The notes under the pieces were generated by a model, which was not told the DNA's origin, did not search any database, and saw only the letters and a program-made list of their open reading frames with translations. Positions 24,800 to 30,410 of a stretch of DNA of 30,410 nt are shown in pieces (the stretch's first letter is position 1; every line of letters begins with the position of its first letter). This DNA comes from an uncultured virus (IMG/VR IMGVR_UViG_3300006467_000276) (taxonomy: Duplodnaviria; Heunggongvirae; Uroviricota; Caudoviricetes), in the IMG/VR virus record IMGVR_UViG_3300006467_000276. One strand, 5' to 3'. The translations under genes and the position numbers were made by a program.

Positions 24800-25431
24800 T
24801 CCTTAATCAAATCAAAGAACTCAGAACGGACTGCCGGTTCAAGGAATGATCCGTACAGACTCGAAGTAACCATGACCGAGTCTCTTTTCCCTACTCCTCG
24901 GCAGCTCATGCACGAATGATGGGCCTCAATCACACACGCAGCTCCCTTTGGCTGCAAATGCTTGTTCAGTGCATCAGACACCTGCTGGCACAGTCGCTCT
25001 TGTACCTGCAACCGCCGTGAATAGTAATCCAAAATCCGAGCCAACTTCGAGATACCGATGATCTTTCCGTCTGGTAGATACGCAATATGAGCTCGACCAG
25101 AAAACGGCAGCATGTGGTGCTCGCACAATGAGATGAACTCAATGCTTCTCAAGAGCACCATTTCATTGCAAGCACCATCCTCGAACACAGTCATAATTCT
25201 TTCCATGGCTGCATCTTCGGACTCTTGGTACCCTGAGTTCATCTCAAGCAAACTAGCCGCCACCCGCCTCGGAGTATCGAGAAGACCCTCCCGAGTGGGA
25301 TCTTCGCCGATAAACCGAAGCAAAGTGGTAACCGCATCTTTAGCTTGGTCGATCGTGATTTCTGCTGCTCGACGAAGAGCATCTGATGTGACATTTGCCA
25401 GAATGCGATAGTCCTCGTTCAAATCCATCAA
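24796..25431 (-). CDS. folE: GTP cyclohydrolase I
   Basis: REGLLDTPRRVA, SLCEHHMLPF, GISKLAR, RRLQVQERL, HSCMSCRG. Confidence 0.97.
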   Translation of the reverse strand: MMDLNEDYRILANVTSDALRRAAEITIDQAKDAVTTLLRFIGEDPTREGLLDTPRRVAASLLEMNSGYQESEDAAMERIMTVFEDGACNEMVLLRSIEFISLCEHHMLPFSGRAHIAYLPDGKIIGISKLARILDYYSRRLQVQERLCQQVSDALNKHLQPKGAACVIEAHHSCMSCRGVGKRDSVMVTSSLYGSFLEPAVRSEFFDLIKE

Positions 25432-26129
25432 TCCAGTCCTGCCAATTTGTGGGTCTGTACAGACAAGCGATAACCGAATCTACGGCAGGATTCCACCGCA
25501 GCATCCAGGTTCTTCTTGTTCTTGATCTCATCTTTTTCGTCCAGCGGCTGCACAAAAATTTTGTCAGCCACTTGATTGAGCATCGGTGGGCGGTACGGAC
25601 GACCATATTGAGGTCCGACCGACACTAAAGGCAGTCCATCACTCGAATCAATCAATCCAGCTTTCACCACATACTTGAATGCATCCGCTCTCATAGCGGT
25701 TTGATGTGGGATTGACCGTGTCTTCGGCGAACATACCACTGACATCTTTGCCAGGATGAACGGCACACCTAGTGTACCGTTTGTCTCTATCTGCACAATC
25801 CCGCCCGGACCCATCTCGTCAATGAGACGAAGAACCAAAGATTGCAGATTTTGACGGAAAGGCTCACCTCCAGTGATGACTATCAGCTTTCTGCTCGGCA
25901 AAGCCGACAACTCTTCGACTACATCCAAAGGTGTCATTCTTTTTCGAACAGAAGTGTAGTCAGTGTCGCACCAATGGCACTGTAGATTACAGCCTGCCAA
26001 CCGGATAAAGACAGCCGGCGTCCCAAAAAAGGGGCCTTCGCCTTGCACTGTATCCCAGATCGAATGGACTTCCACCGAACCGTCCGGATGAGCATCCTTA
26101 GGCTCTATCTTCTGTGTGTTCTTCTCCAT
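25428..26129 (-). CDS. queE: 7-carboxy-7-deazaguanine synthase (radical SAM)
   Basis: TVQGEG..GTPAVFIRLAGCNLQCHWCDT, ITGGEP, IETNG, VCSPK, RLSVQTHK; ATG 26129. Confidence 0.95.
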   Translation of the reverse strand: MEKNTQKIEPKDAHPDGSVEVHSIWDTVQGEGPFFGTPAVFIRLAGCNLQCHWCDTDYTSVRKRMTPLDVVEELSALPSRKLIVITGGEPFRQNLQSLVLRLIDEMGPGGIVQIETNGTLGVPFILAKMSVVCSPKTRSIPHQTAMRADAFKYVVKAGLIDSSDGLPLVSVGPQYGRPYRPPMLNQVADKIFVQPLDEKDEIKNKKNLDAAVESCRRFGYRLSVQTHKLAGLD

Positions 26130-26577
26130 AATCTGCCCAGCAATTCGGTGTTTCATAGAGCCGCACATGAGTGACCGTGACCAGCTCATCTTCAAGCAAA
26201 TCAACAGCCACTTCAAACAAAACTTCCGCCATGGTCTCTGCCGTTGGATTGAGTCCATCAGGCATCAAATACGGCGTCTTTGGTCCGACCAACTCTCTGG
26301 CTTCCTCGTCAGTCATGCTGTCCAGTACGTCGCACAAGGGATCGTTTCGATTCAGAAGAAAATTGTGATCCCAATATTCATCAATCCAACCACCAACAAT
26401 TTTCTTTACGACACTGAAATCAACCACCCTGCTCAGACTATCCAGAGCATCAGCTGTGACAGATATCTCAGCAACGTACCGATGCCCGTGCAGATTTGCA
26501 CATTTCGACTCATGCCCGAGAACCCGATGCCCAGCATCAAATTCAATTTTTCGAGTAATGACTGTAGATCGACTCAC
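26098..26577 (-). CDS. queD: 6-carboxytetrahydropterin synthase
   Basis: FDAGHR, CANLHGHRY, VDF, DH, NPTAE, ETP. Confidence 0.95.
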   Translation of the reverse strand: MSRSTVITRKIEFDAGHRVLGHESKCANLHGHRYVAEISVTADALDSLSRVVDFSVVKKIVGGWIDEYWDHNFLLNRNDPLCDVLDSMTDEEARELVGPKTPYLMPDGLNPTAETMAEVLFEVAVDLLEDELVTVTHVRLYETPNCWADYGEEHTEDRA

Positions 26578-26592
26578 AGCAAAGCCTCTCTC

Positions 26593-26961
26593 TTACACAA
26601 TATCGCACACGGAAGAACACGTAGAAGTGCCTCCACTGTCGTGCGTTTCTATCCGAAAAGTGTGACGAAAACTCGAAAAAAATCCCGGACGAATCATACA
26701 CCGAAAAAGAGTGCCGGCAGAGACCTTTCCGTCCAAAAACGGATCAACAACTCCATGCCATTCAGGTTCACAAGTCCCACCACCATCCCAAATCACACAT
26801 CGTAATGGAGACCCGAACCCGTGATTAAGTGTCCTCGAGGTCGCAGGATCTCTCAACGAAACTTTCTGTCCAGGTTCCAAATCATCACTGCACTCCACCA
26901 CCACAAACGGAACATGAACAGCATCGCGTGAACCTAATACCAAATCCACAGTTTCCATCAC
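26593..26961 (-). CDS. conserved phage hypothetical protein (RDAVH...PGQ...GVVDPFL...RH)
   Basis: GTGA coupling to the glycosyltransferase stop; motif pattern recalled from phage hypotheticals. Confidence 0.65.
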   Translation of the reverse strand: MMETVDLVLGSRDAVHVPFVVVECSDDLEPGQKVSLRDPATSRTLNHGFGSPLRCVIWDGGGTCEPEWHGVVDPFLDGKVSAGTLFRCMIRPGFFSSFRHTFRIETHDSGGTSTCSSVCDIV

Positions 26962-28037
26962 AGAGTCCCTTCTACGAGGACATCGCAGATACCCTGCAAG
27001 CTGTCATCGTACCGAGAAGCCATCTGCCGTACCGGAAACGGTACCGCCATTGCCTGCTCGATAAGTTCAAGCTGATGGGGTCTCGTGGTGAACAGGCACC
27101 GTTCTTCACCGCACAGCAATTCGGAATGACTGTAAGCATCTTCGACGATTGGAATGGTGTCGAAGATCAAAGCTTCAAGGATGCAATATCCAAAATTCTC
27201 TTCGATAGAATTTCCGGTCATCACCTGAGCTTCTGAGAGTATCTTGAGATACTCCTTCTTTGACAAGCCTTCGTAGACAGTCAGCCAGCCTTCTTGTTCG
27301 TACCTCTTAGCTCGATTTCTCAGAGGACCGCCTGCCCACATCTTGCGGCTAGTGGTTACCGCAAATTCCCAATCAGGATGCTGCCGGTGCAACCAAGCGA
27401 ACGCATCAAGCGTGTGCTCAGGTCTCTTCTCAGGATCCGGGCGATTGGTATGGACTACCAATTTCTTCTTTTCGGCTCCGGGAAACCATCTGGCACCTTC
27501 GCATACTTCAGAGGATTTGTACGGATTTCCAGTAACCAGAATTTTGTTCTCAGAAATCCCTCGATTATCGATGAGCTGCTTCTTGTGGTACTCAGAGCCC
27601 ACCATAATCAAATCGCAGATTGCTCCCCAGCCTACCTCGTACCACCGGGCAAACGGAGCACACGGTTCCATGAAGTCTTCTCTCGTATAACTCCCGGCAT
27701 GCGCAAATCCGTAGATCTTGACATCAATTCCATTCAAAACTGATAGATACCGAATCGACTCAATGCCCCAGAACTCAATGTCAGCTACGAAAAACACATC
27801 ATCTGGCTGGATTTTGTTCTCGTAGAAAAGCTTCGCCACTCTCTGAAGCTGAGTCGCCTTGTAATGCAGCGTTGAGTTGACGTCGAGAAACGTCCCAGTC
27901 TCAACTGTATCCGTCAGCGGCTCACCGTCAATCACAGTAAACCGAGCTCCTCGTTCTTCCAGCACCTCCGGAAACCAACGATACCACTGCTCTGAGTAAC
28001 GTTCTTCGAGAGGCTCGATAGGCAGCAAGTAAATCAT
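26958..28037 (-). CDS. GT-B (GT4-like) glycosyltransferase
   Basis: HAGSY, VTGNP, RPDPEKRPE, and EENFGYCILEA (E-x7-E motif). Confidence 0.85.
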   Translation of the reverse strand: MIYLLPIEPLEERYSEQWYRWFPEVLEERGARFTVIDGEPLTDTVETGTFLDVNSTLHYKATQLQRVAKLFYENKIQPDDVFFVADIEFWGIESIRYLSVLNGIDVKIYGFAHAGSYTREDFMEPCAPFARWYEVGWGAICDLIMVGSEYHKKQLIDNRGISENKILVTGNPYKSSEVCEGARWFPGAEKKKLVVHTNRPDPEKRPEHTLDAFAWLHRQHPDWEFAVTTSRKMWAGGPLRNRAKRYEQEGWLTVYEGLSKKEYLKILSEAQVMTGNSIEENFGYCILEALIFDTIPIVEDAYSHSELLCGEERCLFTTRPHQLELIEQAMAVPFPVRQMASRYDDSLQGICDVLVEGTL

Positions 28038-28039
28038 CC

Positions 28040-29095
28040 TCAGTCAATCTCCAGAAGCTCGTGGACAGGTGGCATCAGACGGACGTTCGCGTGCAGCCTG
28101 TCAATGAACTTGACCGATAGCTGTCCCAATTCAGCAGCACTGAGGACGTTCTCTCGATACCTCGGCATAAGCAGAACTCGGTGCCCGTAAATCGCATGAA
28201 GATTCGCCTGATTGATGTAGGTCTCAAGCGGCCTTGATCTCAAATCAGCTGTAATTTTGACGAACCCATGAAACGGACACGTAGCTGAGGTTCCTCCGAA
28301 ATTTGCATCCTCCAGAAAATACTGAACCTGGTGATGCTGCCGGTACTCACTTGAGATAAAGTAGATCTGCGACATCGGGCAGTCCACTGTGACAGGTAAG
28401 TTGAATTTCAAGCATTCTGAAATCAACTTATCCGAAGGATGCTGAGTGTTTACGTACAAAGCGTGGCAGCCAGTTGCATCGACATCCCGAAGAAGGACTC
28501 CCGGAGTATCATCCATCATCGGCTTCACATCATCCGCCACTCGACAGAACAGAGTCGGCGTACCCAGCAACGGCCCTTCTCCTTCCAGAGATCGCTTACT
28601 CGACACAATTCGCACAGGCTCAATAGCATCGAGATACTCCCACACGTCACCATCAGTCCACTCATAGACAGGGAACGCCGCAGTCAAGCCGAACACTCCA
28701 TCCTCTGTAATCCAATCAGGCATCTGAGAGCGATGGATCTCCTCCCCATCGAACTGGACTGTCTTGTCTTCGTCTTTTCGTGTGCCGTCAAACTGGCAAA
28801 CCAGATCCACCAAACTGAGAAACTTCGGCACGTTTTCCAGCTTCGGCTCCTTGACGCAGAGAAGGCCTTCTGTTCCGTCAACTCTCTCGCCGGCATGTCC
28901 ATTGTGGATGACAGTAATTCCCGGCAGCACCTTCCGGCAGAGATGCAAGACTACTCGCGAGTCCTTTCCGCCGCTATAGGCTGCGTACACCCGATTTTCA
29001 CCAAATGTCTCAACCATTTGGCGGATTCGGGAAACTGCCAAGTCTTCCAGGTTCTTCAACCGATCACTCATCACCGTTCGGGTCATCTGTTTCAT
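28040..29095 (-). CDS. PAPS-reductase-like PP-loop domain fused to a degenerate QueE-like domain
   Basis: AYSGGKDS, DGTRKDE, PVYEWTDGDVWEY; then SLEGEGPLLGTPTLFCRV and C-terminal VRLMPPVHELL matching QueE, but no CxxxCxxC. Confidence 0.75.
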   Translation of the reverse strand: MKQMTRTVMSDRLKNLEDLAVSRIRQMVETFGENRVYAAYSGGKDSRVVLHLCRKVLPGITVIHNGHAGERVDGTEGLLCVKEPKLENVPKFLSLVDLVCQFDGTRKDEDKTVQFDGEEIHRSQMPDWITEDGVFGLTAAFPVYEWTDGDVWEYLDAIEPVRIVSSKRSLEGEGPLLGTPTLFCRVADDVKPMMDDTPGVLLRDVDATGCHALYVNTQHPSDKLISECLKFNLPVTVDCPMSQIYFISSEYRQHHQVQYFLEDANFGGTSATCPFHGFVKITADLRSRPLETYINQANLHAIYGHRVLLMPRYRENVLSAAELGQLSVKFIDRLHANVRLMPPVHELLEID

Positions 29096-29116
29096 TTCCT
29101 CATCTGAACTGTTTAC

Positions 29117-29902
29117 TCAAAGAACACAACCGTTTTCGCCGTCCTCAAACACAGACACTTTCACAAGACGGCCGACGTATTCCGCTTCAATACGTCGCTT
29201 GATCATCAAAGCCATCATTTCGCAGCTCAGATGCGGCCCTTTTTCCTGAGAATCGAACCACTTCTGAATCCAGTCACTGAAAATGAGATACTCTACATCT
29301 CGATCATCGTGGAATTGCTGTACGGAAACCTCGAAATGGAATTTGTGGCGATGTGGGTGTGACAAAAATTTGACAGCATCCGGCGCCGCAGGGTAACTAT
29401 GAGTGAGTACTCTTTCGAATCTCACCGTAGCCCAAATCACTTCATCAAACGATTTGATAGACCTGAACAAGAAGTACTTGTCTGATTTGGTAATGGTGTC
29501 GACTTGGGATGGATACAACTCTCTGAACAGAGCTTCTTTGCCTTTGGAATCGTCTTCCTCTTCGAGCCAAGGCACATTCATTTCTACCGAATAGAATCGA
29601 AGCTGGGTCTTTGTTCGTCCTGCCCAATCAATTCCACAAGACCGCACAATTCTATGAAGTGGATGATAGTCGAACTGGCTCGGTACGTAAAGAATGTCCG
29701 CACTTGTCTGATTTGCCAACGACACCTTCGCTGCTGCACTGCTATCGTGGTACCAAAGATACCTTCTCGGAATATCGGCCGCATCGAGATGGTCGAGTCT
29801 CTTTTCATCCCTGTCAAAGTAGATTACCAATCCAACTCGTGACAATACCGAGTAACAGCCGATGAGCTCATCATCCAAGTGGGGTGCAAGTATGATGTCC
29901 AT
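29117..29902 (-). CDS. PIG-L/LmbE-like deacetylase fused to a QueD/PTPS-like T-fold domain
   Basis: APHLDDE, DYHPLH, K...YPSQ (PIG-L); H.YPAAP..FL.HPHRH.FH, DRDVE, SCEMMA, VSVFEDGENG (T-fold). Confidence 0.75.
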   Translation of the reverse strand: MDIILAPHLDDELIGCYSVLSRVGLVIYFDRDEKRLDHLDAADIPRRYLWYHDSSAAAKVSLANQTSADILYVPSQFDYHPLHRIVRSCGIDWAGRTKTQLRFYSVEMNVPWLEEEDDSKGKEALFRELYPSQVDTITKSDKYFLFRSIKSFDEVIWATVRFERVLTHSYPAAPDAVKFLSHPHRHKFHFEVSVQQFHDDRDVEYLIFSDWIQKWFDSQEKGPHLSCEMMALMIKRRIEAEYVGRLVKVSVFEDGENGCVL

Positions 29903-29965
29903 CGACTGTCCTCGGTATCAGTGGGTTTTGCTGGTAGTGAAGTGAAGACGTGACGTCCCTTACGT

Positions 29966-30409
29966 CTACTCCTTTTTGCCGCCTTCAGATTCCACTGAAG
30001 TCCCCGCAAATCCCATCAGAGCGTCAACCGCCCACGTCAGCGCACCTTTGCTCACCTTGGGATTCGCTTTCCCGTATTCCTTATCAACCGCATCGATCAG
30101 CTCAGCAGTGATCCCATTTTTGCGATTGATGTCACCTGGGCTGTCGAAGTGCTCTGCCAGCACCTTACCAGCACAGTACCCACGACTCTTGGCACTCCGA
30201 ATGCGGCCTCGCTTCGGCTTCGACGGCTTCGACGGCTTCGACGGCTTCTCTTCCTGGGAACCGTCGTCGGCATCACCGTCGTCGGCATCACCGTCGTCGG
30301 CATCACCGTCGTCGGCATCACCGTCGTCGGCATCACCGTCGTCGGCATCGCCGTCGTCGGCATCACCGTCGTCGGCATCACCGTCGTCGGCATCACCGTC
30401 GTCGGCATC
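29966..30409 (-). CDS. hypothetical protein with acidic DADDG repeats, 5'-truncated
   Basis: Open from the window edge: (DADDG)10-SQEEKPSKPSKPSKPKRGRIRSAK...GGKKE*, in frame with track ORF 29966..30163. Confidence 0.7.
   Translation of the reverse strand, partial: DADDGDADDGDADDGDADDGDADDGDADDGDADDGDADDGDADDGDADDGSQEEKPSKPSKPSKPKRGRIRSAKSRGYCAGKVLAEHFDSPGDINRKNGITAELIDAVDKEYGKANPKVSKGALTWAVDALMGFAGTSVESEGGKKE
30215..30248 (-). repeat. 9-bp coding repeat, about 3.8 copies (SKP)
   Basis: CGGCTTCGA repeated on the + strand. Confidence 0.85.
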
Positions 30410-30410
30410 A
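30261..30410 (-). repeat. 15-bp tandem repeat, 10 copies, running off the window end
   Basis: CCGTCGTCGGCATCA x10 with one variant at 30350. Confidence 0.95.

Noticed and set aside
23233..26577. Host-type queuosine tRNA-modification operon
   Set aside because: No QueA/QueG/QueF, the TGT-like protein lacks the bacterial Tgt Zn-site pattern, and the context is phage replication genes
28040..29095. Calling this ORF QueC because of SGGKDS
   Set aside because: It lacks the QueC C-terminal Zn-binding Cys motif, and GTRxDE plus PxxxWTxxDVWxY indicate the PAPS-reductase family
7103..29107. Long + strand ORFs (for example 7103..7822, 16590..17276, 18377..19006, 26116..26805, 28439..29107)
   Set aside because: Antisense shadows of well-supported - strand genes, with no recognisable motifs
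30097..30408. MPTTV-repeat ORF
   Set aside because: Wrong frame of the 15-bp repeat; the DADDG frame joins the protein-like ORF ending at 29966
30261..30410. CRISPR array
   Set aside because: Head-to-tail 15-bp repeats with no spacers and no cas genes

Overview
A gene-dense fragment of a dsDNA bacteriophage or prophage. No capsid, tail, terminase or integrase genes are in the window. About 1-2850 is a short + strand block of small early-type genes behind a sigma70-like promoter. About 2770-30410 is one long - strand block. In transcription order it holds: (i) a 7-deazaguanine DNA-modification cluster (DpdA/TGT-like, FolE, QueE, QueD) extended by a GT-B glycosyltransferase, a PIG-L deacetylase/QueD-like fusion and a PAPS-reductase-like/degenerate-QueE fusion, with no QueC or QueF in view; (ii) a replication module (sliding clamp, UDG plus 3'-5' exonuclease and PolA polymerase domain as separate genes, MazG-like, DnaX-like clamp loader, UvsY-like, gp32-like SSB, RecA); (iii) CsrA, 5'-3' exonuclease, RuvC, EndoV-like glycosylase, a nucleotidyltransferase, a split SbcC/Rad50 with SbcD, a papain-like protease and ThyX. 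Non-coding highlights are a ~120-nt non-canonical tRNA-like RNA between recA and csrA and a three-hairpin/terminator array after an RGPP-containing ORF. The strongest novelty candidate is a possible sugar-hypermodified deazaguanine pathway. All family calls come from recognising motifs by eye; no database search was run.
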